From NCBI GenBank assembly GCA_001872625.1, contig MNXP01000021.1:2052-66051 (forward strand): 64,000 nucleotides of DNA, written 5' to 3'. The number at the start of each line of letters is the position of its first letter. Position 1 is the first letter of the stretch. The translations under genes were made by a program, and so were the position numbers. The DNA comes from Bacteroidetes bacterium CG2_30_33_31. Its GTDB lineage: Bacteria > Bacteroidota > Bacteroidia > Bacteroidales > UBA1556. The notes beneath the pieces are model-generated. The model was not told the DNA's origin, ran no database searches, and saw only the letters and a program-made list of their open reading frames with translations. This document shows positions 32,168 through 40,952 of the stretch, in pieces.

Positions 32168-32788
32168 CTAATGATTATCTTCATGCCAGCCAGTGATAAT
32201 TGACTTAAAATTTTTAAACGGCTTTTTCCCAATTGTACAAAAATAAATATGCACAAATAGAAAAATCGAAACAATAAAACCACCAATTATATGCAGCATA
32301 TCTGTAATAAATATTCCGCTGGTTTTTTGTAATTGATTTATTACTATCTCTGGAAACAATAATCCGAAGCCTGAAATTATTAATATTGGGAGCACTAAAT
32401 ACATTATTACCACATAGGAAAATTGCTGTAGAGGGTTAAATTTATTTGACTCATTTATGGGAAAAGGAGGGGCTTCACCTTTGAAAATTCCAATTGAATA
32501 ATAATATGATTGTTTCATCAGCTTGCTGATATATCCTTTAATTCTAAAAATATAATGCTTGCTGTTTCCCGTGATAATATTTCCAACAATAAAAATAATA
32601 TAATTAAATGCTAATAGAATTCCGCAGATATTATGAATAGCAACAGCCAAATCAAACCTCATAAATGGATATAAAGGATCTGAATATTGTAAGCTTATCC
32701 CTGTAATTATTAAAAATATTATAGCTAATGCATTTATTAAATGCCAAATACGTATTAATAATGGATATAAATATATTTTTGTGGACAT
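32168..32788 (-). CDS. Di-heme cytochrome b membrane subunit (Ni_hydr_CYTB / PhsC / CbcB-like)
   Basis: RIWH, IHN, KFNPLQ, MLH...FVHIY, SIITGW, about four TM helices. Confidence 0.88.
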   Translation of the reverse strand: MSTKIYLYPLLIRIWHLINALAIIFLIITGISLQYSDPLYPFMRFDLAVAIHNICGILLAFNYIIFIVGNIITGNSKHYIFRIKGYISKLMKQSYYYSIGIFKGEAPPFPINESNKFNPLQQFSYVVIMYLVLPILIISGFGLLFPEIVINQLQKTSGIFITDMLHIIGGFIVSIFLFVHIYFCTIGKKPFKNFKSIITGWHEDNH

Positions 32789-32792
32789 GGAG

Positions 32793-33734
32793 TTATTTTT
32801 TAAGTATTATGCGTATAAAGGCATGAATAAAAATTATTAAAAGCACTAATGAGAAAATACTAATACTTATAGAATTCAAATAGAAGTTCCTATTAGCACC
32901 AATTACAAAAGAATTCTTTAGCAAAACCCCATTAAAAAATCCGAATTTATTTCTATTTTCTTTTATGTCATGCTTATATAGCGATGACATTAATAATGAA
33001 TTATCCGAATGGCATTTCACACAAAGTTTTACCGCCTTTTCTTTTCCCAAAATGCGATGTGGTACTTTCAAGCTATCATTTTGCTGAGCATGACATTCCA
33101 AACATCTAACCTTTTTAAAATGTAATTCACGGTTTGGTAGCCAACTATGAGATTTTTCATCAATGGATGCAGTGCTATCTGACAGCAAATAGAATTTATT
33201 TTCTGTGTAATTATGACAATTTAAGCACATGTGATTACTGTAATCTACAATTTTGTTAATATCAGTTTTGTTACGGGCATTCAACTCGTAATAATGCTGT
33301 TTATGGCATCTCTCACAATTAAAATCTTCGCCCATCAATTTACCATGAATGCTCTTTTTAACTTCAACTTCAATCTCTTCAAAATGAAATTTTGCAAAAG
33401 TTTCGTCACTACCATGGCAGTCGAGGCAAGTATTTTTCGCCTCTAATTTTAATTCAGCTTTGTGTGGATAAATTTCATATTCAGTTGCATGACAATCAGT
33501 ACATTGAAAACTTTTATGTACACCTTTCTTGTAAAGAGTTTTATTTATAATAAAATATGGATTCATCCTATGATGAACTTCTTTGTCAATTACCCTATTA
33601 TAGAATTTATAATAATCATTTCCATGACACTTCAAACACTTGTTATTATTTGGTATCACAGTTTGAGTGAAAGAAGTAACAACTAAAAATAAGGCTAAAA
33701 TACTTAAGCTTAAGCTTTTGTTAATTATACACAT
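32793..33734 (-). CDS. Heptaheme cytochrome c with C-terminal membrane anchor (CbcA-like)
   Basis: Seven CxxCH (CLKCH, CTDCH, CLDCH, CERCH, CLNCH, CLECH, CVKCH), VIGANR, C-terminal TM helix containing His. Confidence 0.85.
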   Translation of the reverse strand: MCIINKSLSLSILALFLVVTSFTQTVIPNNNKCLKCHGNDYYKFYNRVIDKEVHHRMNPYFIINKTLYKKGVHKSFQCTDCHATEYEIYPHKAELKLEAKNTCLDCHGSDETFAKFHFEEIEVEVKKSIHGKLMGEDFNCERCHKQHYYELNARNKTDINKIVDYSNHMCLNCHNYTENKFYLLSDSTASIDEKSHSWLPNRELHFKKVRCLECHAQQNDSLKVPHRILGKEKAVKLCVKCHSDNSLLMSSLYKHDIKENRNKFGFFNGVLLKNSFVIGANRNFYLNSISISIFSLVLLIIFIHAFIRIILKK

Positions 33735-33751
33735 AATAATAAGTTAAAAAT

Positions 33752-33784
33752 AAAAAAAATAACTCAGAGAATTTCTCTGAGTTA
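33752..33784 (-). terminator. Intra-cluster terminator after the monoheme cytochrome c
   Basis: TAACTCAGAGA-ATT-TCTCTGAGTTA inverted repeat with a U tract on the minus strand. Confidence 0.7.
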
Positions 33785-33796
33785 CCTACTAACAAA

Positions 33797-34213
33797 CTAC
33801 TTTTTCAAAGTTCTCATATAATTTATTAAAGCCCAGCGGTCATTCTCGCTTAAAATTTTCTTTTCAAAATTAGGCATTTCGGTACGACCAACAATTGCTT
33901 CGTAATAAATTTCACCATCTGATTGTCCTTGAAATTTTGCAGATGAAAAATCACCGCAATTTGTTTTAAGTGTTTTAGATCTTGGGCTATCTCCTTTACC
34001 CAAAGCTCCGTGGCAAGTTTTGCAATATTTGCTGTAAAGTGATTTTCCAGTATCGACATTTTTACCTGGAATTGGATTTTTCATACTCTTATATTTTGCT
34101 GGAATTGTCCAGGGCGCTGCTGCTTTCTGTTGTGGTACCGAAAAAGCAAAAACAATGATTATTGCTAATGTAGAAACAGATGCAAGAACTAATTTACTAA
34201 ATTGTGTTTTCAT
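33797..34213 (-). CDS. Periplasmic monoheme cytochrome c (class I, His/Met)
   Basis: Signal sequence, NP...GK.LY..YCKTCHG, GR.EMP.F, RW.LINY.R.L. Confidence 0.9.
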   Translation of the reverse strand: MKTQFSKLVLASVSTLAIIIVFAFSVPQQKAAAPWTIPAKYKSMKNPIPGKNVDTGKSLYSKYCKTCHGALGKGDSPRSKTLKTNCGDFSSAKFQGQSDGEIYYEAIVGRTEMPNFEKKILSENDRWALINYMRTLKK

Positions 34214-34243
34214 AATGTAAATATTTAAATGATTAAAAAAAAA

Positions 34244-35164
34244 TTAAAAGCTCCAAATTCGAGTTATTACAAAACCAAATGCCATACCACCTTTAGTGAA
34301 ATCATTTACATTATGCATAATAATTTCTTGTGGCAAAATGCCAGCAGATGTTCCAATAAATATTTGGAATGCATGAGCGCTCGTAGCTATTTCCAATCCA
34401 AATGCTAAATTTGGTTTAGGAGGATTTGTAAATGGTATATTTTCTGACATAGATTTTAAATTCAATGGCATATCGTAAGTAAAAATAAATGATCCTTGAG
34501 GAGAAAATTTCATTTTGCCATTAAAATGTATCGCAATTTTATCATGTTCCATCAATGAATCAACAGCGTTGAAGTGTGTAAAACTCGCAGCGGCTTGTAG
34601 GCTTAGCCATTCATTAAATTTTCTACTAATAATGAGTTGTGAGAAGTATGCCACCCTATCCCCAAATGAATAGGTTTTTCCAAATGCTGTTTTGTTTCTC
34701 GAATCAAAAGCCATATCGCCAAATAGTGATACTGCTATTGGAATAGTATTTTTCCTAGTTTGCTCAAGAATTGTCCACTTAATATTAAAGTCGTTATACA
34801 TATTCAACTTTGAAATACCCCAACCTAATTGTAGGTTTTTCAATATCACATAGTTGATGCCCATTCTGATATTAGCTCCTGGTGCATAAATACCCCATAA
34901 ATCCCCAATACCGTTGGTGGACATAGAGCCAAAACGATGCTGAATTACATACTCCAAAGTCTTAGATGATGGAATATAGGTCGTTTGTGCATCAATTAAA
35001 TAGCCGCTGGAGAATGTTTCGCTAACGGGCTCATCTATAATAGATTCTTCTTCTATAGCTGCTGCTGTATCTACTACAACAACATTTGTATCTGTTTCAA
35101 TTTCCTGAGCTGATATTCTTGTAGAAAATATCAACAAAAAAATGGAGATTAATATTTTATTCAT
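34244..35164 (-). CDS. Outer-membrane beta-barrel protein (DUF5777-like)
   Basis: Signal peptide, QHRFG, EIATSAHAFQIF, C-terminal GFVITRIWSF. Confidence 0.75.
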   Translation of the reverse strand: MNKILISIFLLIFSTRISAQEIETDTNVVVVDTAAAIEEESIIDEPVSETFSSGYLIDAQTTYIPSSKTLEYVIQHRFGSMSTNGIGDLWGIYAPGANIRMGINYVILKNLQLGWGISKLNMYNDFNIKWTILEQTRKNTIPIAVSLFGDMAFDSRNKTAFGKTYSFGDRVAYFSQLIISRKFNEWLSLQAAASFTHFNAVDSLMEHDKIAIHFNGKMKFSPQGSFIFTYDMPLNLKSMSENIPFTNPPKPNLAFGLEIATSAHAFQIFIGTSAGILPQEIIMHNVNDFTKGGMAFGFVITRIWSF

Positions 35165-35174
35165 TTTCAGTGTA

Positions 35175-35549
35175 TTAATTGTTTTTTGCTCCTTGAGTTA
35201 TCCACATTAAAATGATTGCAGCTTGATTATCAGTGTATTTTTTCCAACTGTGTGTAGATGTAGAGGCTAAAGGATGTTGATAAAGTTTGCTTTGAGCAGG
35301 GTCAGTGAGATTCAATAAACCCATAGAAGTTATTTCGCTGTATGCTGCGCTTGCAGATAAGTCTGGCCTTGTGCTTCCAGATTTGTGGCAACTAATACAA
35401 GTGGCATCAGAAAATATAGGCACCACTTGAGTGGCAAACTTTACTGTGTCTGTGGGATTTATAATAACCCCACTTTCTTTTATATTATATTTATAAGTGC
35501 AACTTCCAAAGAATAGCATTACAAATATTATCAAAAAAATTTTTTTCAT
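35175..35549 (-). CDS. Monoheme cytochrome c lipoprotein
   Basis: FGSC lipobox, V.F...V.PIF...CISCH, WITQGAKNN. Confidence 0.8.
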   Translation of the reverse strand: MKKIFLIIFVMLFFGSCTYKYNIKESGVIINPTDTVKFATQVVPIFSDATCISCHKSGSTRPDLSASAAYSEITSMGLLNLTDPAQSKLYQHPLASTSTHSWKKYTDNQAAIILMWITQGAKNN

Positions 35550-35632
35550 TAGTATAATATTTAGTTAAGGTAATATTGAATTCATTTTTGAACTAAATTA
35601 TTCTTTATTAAATTTCAAATTGGTTTTTATAA

Positions 35633-35663
35633 AAAGGAATCAGATTATTAATCCGATCCCTTT
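35633..35663 (-). terminator. Hairpin/terminator after the hexaheme cytochrome gene
   Basis: AAAGGaATCaGATT-ATT-AATCcGATcCCTTT. The mismatches are G-U pairs on the minus strand, followed by a U tract. Confidence 0.6.
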
Positions 35664-35696
35664 CAATTAATGTTTAATAAAATTATAAGAACTTAT

Positions 35697-36725
35697 TTAT
35701 TTCTTAGCTGCTGCTATAGAATTTTCAAGAAGCTTTTTAGCATAGTTGAAATTATGTACACCTTTACTTTTATCTTCCATAACAAATTGATAATTGTATA
35801 TAATTCCAGCATTGTCATTAGTATAAGTGCCAGTTACAACATTACCAGAAGCAGTCATATATCCTTTGGTTACTAAAATTGTTTTTAGGCTATCCAATAA
35901 ATTTTGAGTTGTAGCTTGAGTGGCAATAATTTTATTCTTCAAGGAAGTTGCATCTGCATGGCAAGAAGTGCATCCTGCTGTATTTACTGTACCAGATGTT
36001 CCATACCTCATGCCTAATTGATGACCACCAGCTTGATTACCATAAGCTTTAGCCATGTGACATTGAACGCATGAATTGCTAACCATGGTAGTATGAGATG
36101 AATTTATATAACCTGTTCCTAATTCATATCCACCAGTACCATTAAATAAGTTTCCCTGAGGGCCATGATGAGTTCCATAACGAAAGCTCGTAATTGTAAT
36201 AGTTGCAGACCCTTGAGATAAATCCCACATTGGATCAGGTTTTCTAATCTGATGACAATTAATACATAAATTAGCTTTTCCTTGATCGCTTGTAATTCCA
36301 TTTACTTTGAAAACTACAGGAGTTGTTGCTGTCAAAGCCCAATCATCTTGCGTGTAAGTTGTGTGAATTTTGTGGCATGTGTAGCAATTTTGAGGATTTG
36401 GATTGCTAATCACGCTTGCACATACTTCAGCTCCAGTTTTGAGAACTTCTAAAAAACCTTGGCTTGTATGACAAGGTGCACAATCAACGGCATTTCTTGC
36501 ATAATTTCCATTTACTGCATGCCCAGAAGCTGCCCATTGATTGCTTTTTTCGAAAATATTCTGTGAATTGTCGTGACATTTGATACAATCCACTGTCCCA
36601 TTAGTTCCATTGGTACCATTAGTACCGTTGATGCCTGCAGGACCTTGAGGTCCCTCTTTAGTGCAGGATGCTATTATTAGTGTACTTAGAACTAATAATG
36701 CTGTAATTTTTTGTAATGATTTCAC
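35697..36725 (-). CDS. Hexaheme c-type cytochrome lipoprotein with collagen-like Gly-X-Y linker
   Basis: GTG start, IIASC lipobox, GPQGPAGINGTNGTNGTNG, six CxxCH, C-terminal helical region with GVHN..YA..LL..S. Confidence 0.88.
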   Translation of the reverse strand: MKSLQKITALLVLSTLIIASCTKEGPQGPAGINGTNGTNGTNGTVDCIKCHDNSQNIFEKSNQWAASGHAVNGNYARNAVDCAPCHTSQGFLEVLKTGAEVCASVISNPNPQNCYTCHKIHTTYTQDDWALTATTPVVFKVNGITSDQGKANLCINCHQIRKPDPMWDLSQGSATITITSFRYGTHHGPQGNLFNGTGGYELGTGYINSSHTTMVSNSCVQCHMAKAYGNQAGGHQLGMRYGTSGTVNTAGCTSCHADATSLKNKIIATQATTQNLLDSLKTILVTKGYMTASGNVVTGTYTNDNAGIIYNYQFVMEDKSKGVHNFNYAKKLLENSIAAAKK

Positions 36726-36764
36726 TTGTATTTATATTTAATTTATAAATTGTTAATTAGATAA

Positions 36765-36772
36765 CAAAATTA
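36765..36772 (-). promoter_or_regulatory. Bacteroidota -7 element of the cytochrome operon
   Basis: TAATTTTG on the minus strand. Confidence 0.6.
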
Positions 36773-36793
36773 TTTTTTGTTTTGCATCTAACA

Positions 36794-36828
36794 ATGATAT
36801 AAATCAAAGCAAAATTGATATATATCAA
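36794..36828. promoter_or_regulatory. Tandem FNR/Crp boxes
   Basis: ATGAT-ATAA-ATCAA (36794-36807) and perfect TTGAT-ATAT-ATCAA (36815-36828), 21 bp apart. Confidence 0.8.
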
Positions 36829-36843
36829 CAATGTGAAAAAATG

Positions 36844-37545
36844 TTAATTATATTGACTTAACTTCTTGAGTTCATTTAAGTTATGTATTTCAAAATCATC
36901 TCCCTTAATTGAAATAATTTTATCTTCTTTATAGCTTTTCAGGATACGAATCATGCACTCTTTAGATAAGGCACAAAAATCTGCCAAGTCTTGTCTCTTT
37001 AATGTTGTAGTGAATTTATTACTCTTATATATAATTGTAGAAAGATAAATTATCATATCGGCAACTCTTGCATACATTGTCTTAGAGGTTAAATCGATGG
37101 TTCTATTTTTAGATTTAATGGCAAGTTGGTTTAATCTTTTTAATAAGGAAAGACTGAATTTAATGTTTGTTTCCAATACCTGTTTAAATGAATTTACTTC
37201 AAGTAAACATACCTTAATGTCTGTTATTGCTTGGAAGGATGAATGATGAATTTCATCTACATAAAGGCCTGTAATTCCAAAAATATCTCCTGGCTGACTT
37301 ATTCCAATAAGTAAGGTTTTGCCTTGGTGAGCTTCCGCAGTGATTTTTACAAACCCTTCTCTTAAGCAAGCTATATGTGTAATTGCAGTAGATTGTTTGA
37401 AAATAGTTTCACCTGCTTTAAACTCAACTTCGCGTCTATGATAAAAAAGTATTTCTTTATTTTCTTTAGATAAATCGTTATATAGCAATGGCTTAACGGG
37501 GCAGCAGCATTCATTGCAATTTTCGTATTGAGCACAGTCAAACAT
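36844..37545 (-). CDS. Crp/Fnr-family regulator with N-terminal Cys cluster
   Basis: MFDCAQYENCNECCC, cNMP-like domain with central VC, HTH RQDLADFCALSKECMIR. Start ATG at 37545. Confidence 0.9.
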   Translation of the reverse strand: MFDCAQYENCNECCCPVKPLLYNDLSKENKEILFYHRREVEFKAGETIFKQSTAITHIACLREGFVKITAEAHQGKTLLIGISQPGDIFGITGLYVDEIHHSSFQAITDIKVCLLEVNSFKQVLETNIKFSLSLLKRLNQLAIKSKNRTIDLTSKTMYARVADMIIYLSTIIYKSNKFTTTLKRQDLADFCALSKECMIRILKSYKEDKIISIKGDDFEIHNLNELKKLSQYN

Positions 37546-37681
37546 ATTATATAATTTTATCTTCCAGTTTATTATTGAGATTGCCAACAGACAAATAAAG
37601 CATTATTTTCCTAAATATGCAATATATTATTCAGATTCAAAAATACATTAATTTTTCTGTAGTCTAAAGAATTTTTTATTT

Positions 37682-38191
37682 TTATTTTTTTGTTTTATTA
37701 TACTGGTCATAAGTCATTGTTTTGTATTTATTCTTTGCTATATAAGAAAGATATTGCATCCATCTATCTTTTGGTTGGTAACCTTTCACAATAGTAATAC
37801 CCTTAGACTTTTCATCCATAAAAACATAGCTTGGATAGCTCAAATTTCCTTGTAAAAGTATTCGAGCAAAATCATGTACACTTCTTGCTTTGCCATAGTT
37901 TTTATTTGTAAACCTTTGTCCAGCAATAAATATAGTATCGCCACCTTCGGCATTAAATTTTACGCAATAGAAATTTTGGTTCATATATTTTACAACTGCA
38001 GGATTGGTAAATGTGCTTGCATCCATTTTTTTACACCATCCGCACCATTCAGTATAAACATCAACTATAATTTTTTTTGGTTTAGTACGTTGCAAATCAA
38101 TAGCTTGTTGAAATGTGTACCACTTTACGACTTCGGTATTATTTGAAGGCATAAAGTTTAAACTTAATAATAATAAAATCAAGATATTCAT
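37682..38191 (-). CDS. Exported thioredoxin-fold protein (DUF255/SoxW-like)
   Basis: DVYTEWCGWCKKMD, SYPS. The ATG at 38191 is preferred because the upstream extension overlaps the tpx terminator. Confidence 0.85.
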   Translation of the reverse strand: MNILILLLLSLNFMPSNNTEVVKWYTFQQAIDLQRTKPKKIIVDVYTEWCGWCKKMDASTFTNPAVVKYMNQNFYCVKFNAEGGDTIFIAGQRFTNKNYGKARSVHDFARILLQGNLSYPSYVFMDEKSKGITIVKGYQPKDRWMQYLSYIAKNKYKTMTYDQYNKTKK

Positions 38192-38203
38192 AACTACAAA
38201 AGT

Positions 38204-38239
38204 AAAAAAAAGCTGACTCAATTTGAGCCAGCTTTTTTT
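38204..38239 (-). terminator. Terminator after tpx
   Basis: AAAAAAAGCTGaCTCA-ATT-TGAGcCAGCTTTTTTT. Confidence 0.75.
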
Positions 38240-38254
38240 AAATAGTTTAGAAAT

Positions 38255-38755
38255 TTATTTAATAACGCTTAAAGCTTTTTCATAATTGGGCTCATCAACA
38301 ATTTCGGCTACTTGTTCAGTGTAAATAACTTTTCCTGTTTCATCAACTATAACTACAGCGCGACTTTCCAGACCAGCAAGTGGTCCATTTGTAATTTCCA
38401 CAGCATAGTCTCTACCAAAAGCCCCAGATCTAAAATCAGAAAGTGTATGTACGTTATCGAGACCTTCAGCCCCACAAAAACGCGCTTGAGCAAAAGGTAA
38501 ATCCTTGGAGATACAAAGTACAACTGTATTTTTTAATTTCGATGCCTCTTGGTTAAATCTGCGCACTGATGCAGCGCAGGTGCCAGTATCCAAGCTTGGG
38601 AAAATATTTAAAATTATCTTTTGTCCTTTATAATCTGCCAATGATTTAACAGATAAGTCATTCGCAACGAGTTTAAAATCAGCTGCTTTTGAGCCTATTT
38701 TAGGAAGATTTCCTAAGGTGTTAATTTTATTTCCTTTTAATGTTATTTCTGCCAT
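38255..38755 (-). CDS. tpx: Thiol peroxidase Tpx
   Basis: FPSLDTGTCA, DLPFAQARFCG. Confidence 0.96.
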   Translation of the reverse strand: MAEITLKGNKINTLGNLPKIGSKAADFKLVANDLSVKSLADYKGQKIILNIFPSLDTGTCAASVRRFNQEASKLKNTVVLCISKDLPFAQARFCGAEGLDNVHTLSDFRSGAFGRDYAVEITNGPLAGLESRAVVIVDETGKVIYTEQVAEIVDEPNYEKALSVIK

Positions 38756-38884
38756 TATACAATTAGTTAAATATGAGTGGCAAATATAAGCACATGTCTT
38801 TCGCTCATTTGTTAATAAATGTTTAATATTTTTTTAGTTCAGAAATAATTAAATTTGCCTCCTAATTTTAAAGCTATAATCTGT

Positions 38885-40852
38885 TTGATACCAAAGGAAA
38901 CCATAGATAAAATATTTGATGCATCACGTATTGATGAAGTGGTGGGTGATTTTTTGCCATTAAAAAAGCGAGGTGTTAATTTATTGGGATTATGCCCTTT
39001 TCATAATGAAAAAACACCATCTTTTACAGTTTCTCCTGCAAAGGGAATATACAAGTGCTTTGGTTGCGGTGAGGCTGGCAATTCGATTAACTTTGTGATG
39101 AAGCACGAAAATTACACTTATCCTGAAGCTCTTCGTTATTTAGCCGCTAAATATGGAATTGAAGTAAAAGAAAAAGAGCAAACTGACGAAGGGAAACGGA
39201 TAGAGGTGGAAAGGGAATCCATGATGGGGGTAACTGCTTTTGCTCAGAAATATTTTTCTGAAAATTTAAAAAATCATTCGGAAGGTATAGCAATTGGTTT
39301 GCAATACTTTAATGAAAGAGGTTTTAATGATTTTATTATTGAAAAATTCCAATTGGGTTATGCAATCGATAGTTTTGATGCCCTTCAAAGTGAAGCAAAA
39401 GCTAAAGGCTATTCCGAAGATGTTCTAATTAGAACTGGACTTTTAGTAAAGACAGAGGAAGGTAAAGTTTATGACCGCTTTCGTGGTCGAGTAATATTTC
39501 CAATAAATAATATTTCTGGACGAACCATTGGTTTTGGTGGTAGAATTTTAGATTCTTCAAAAAGCAAAGCTAAATATGTAAATTCTCCTGAATCTGAAAT
39601 TTATCACAAAAGTGATGTGCTCTATGGCATTCATTTGGCTCGTACCGCTATTATGAAAGCCGAAAACTGTTTCCTTGTTGAAGGATATACTGATGTTATT
39701 AGTATGCACATTGCTGGAGTAGAAAATGTTGTTGCATCTTCTGGCACTTCGCTTACTACTGGGCAAATCAAACTCTTGAAACGATATACCAACAAAGTAA
39801 CTATTCTTTATGATGGTGATGCTGCTGGTATCAAAGCGTCTTTCCGTGGTATGGATATGATAATTGAAGAAGGCCTTAATGTAAAAATTGTTTTATTTCC
39901 CGATGGAGATGACCCTGATTCTTTTGCGCGTAAACATTCCGCCGAAGATGTAAGCAAATTCATTACAGAAAAGGCAAAAGATTTTATACTTTTTAAATCC
40001 GACATACTTTCAGAAGAGGCAGGAAATGATCCTGCCAAGAAAGCTGCCATGATTAAAGACATTGTACAATCAATTTCGCTGGTACCTGAGAATATCGATA
40101 GGCTTCTTTATACTCGCGAAGCTTCACAAATTGTTAATATTGATGAGCAATTGCTTATAAATGAAGTAAATAAATATAGGAGAAACAAGCTATATAAAGA
40201 TAATAAATATGTTTCCACCGAAATTATTGAACCTGCTGAAAATATTTCAAAACCGCAGATTATTTTAGAAGAATCGAATGCCTACAATGAAAAAGAATTG
40301 GTGCGAGTGCTTTTAAATTATGGAGATATGAAATTTTGTCCAAAACACTCCGGATTATCTTTGAATATCGACTCAAATAGCGATGAAACCATTGGAGTTG
40401 CATTATTTATTGTCGGAAGTCTCTTAGTTGATGAAATGCGTTTTGAGGAGGATGAAATTTTAAAGAAAATATTTTCGGAATACCAAGAAGCCATAGAGCA
40501 AGATAATATTCCTTCCCAAAAATATTTTGTCAATCATACCGACGAAGAGATTAGAAGAAGCGCCATAGACCTTATTACCTTGAATTATCAGCTTAGCGAA
40601 AATTGGGAGAAAATGCATAAAATTTTTGTAACTCTGGAGAATGATAATAAAGTCTTGGCAAGATTGGTTATTTCTGCCGTTTATGCTTTCAAATTGAAAT
40701 ATCTAAATAAAAAAATTGAAGAGCTGAACAACAAGCTGAAAGATAATGAATTAGAAGCTATTGCAATAGAAAATATCCAAAGACAAGCTATGTCTTTTAC
40801 CACTTCAAGAAATAAAATGGCATCTGATTTAGGTCGAATTATTTTAAAATAA
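38885..40852 (+). CDS. dnaG: DNA primase
   Basis: CPFHNEKTPSF, KCFGC, KYVNSPE, VEGYTDV, YDGDAAG. Probable TTG start at 38885. Confidence 0.97.
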   Translation: MIPKETIDKIFDASRIDEVVGDFLPLKKRGVNLLGLCPFHNEKTPSFTVSPAKGIYKCFGCGEAGNSINFVMKHENYTYPEALRYLAAKYGIEVKEKEQTDEGKRIEVERESMMGVTAFAQKYFSENLKNHSEGIAIGLQYFNERGFNDFIIEKFQLGYAIDSFDALQSEAKAKGYSEDVLIRTGLLVKTEEGKVYDRFRGRVIFPINNISGRTIGFGGRILDSSKSKAKYVNSPESEIYHKSDVLYGIHLARTAIMKAENCFLVEGYTDVISMHIAGVENVVASSGTSLTTGQIKLLKRYTNKVTILYDGDAAGIKASFRGMDMIIEEGLNVKIVLFPDGDDPDSFARKHSAEDVSKFITEKAKDFILFKSDILSEEAGNDPAKKAAMIKDIVQSISLVPENIDRLLYTREASQIVNIDEQLLINEVNKYRRNKLYKDNKYVSTEIIEPAENISKPQIILEESNAYNEKELVRVLLNYGDMKFCPKHSGLSLNIDSNSDETIGVALFIVGSLLVDEMRFEEDEILKKIFSEYQEAIEQDNIPSQKYFVNHTDEEIRRSAIDLITLNYQLSENWEKMHKIFVTLENDNKVLARLVISAVYAFKLKYLNKKIEELNNKLKDNELEAIAIENIQRQAMSFTTSRNKMASDLGRIILK

Positions 40853-40952
40853 AATTTTCAAATCATTACTCATAGAAACTAATCTAAATCATATCATCTT
40901 TTGGAAATGAGGTTCTATTTATCCTTATTTTTGCGTCGTTAAATAACAATTT

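Noticed and set aside
35697-36725. NrfA nitrite reductase assignment for the hexaheme protein
   Set aside because: No CxxCK motif, wrong size and heme count, and no nrfH adjacent.
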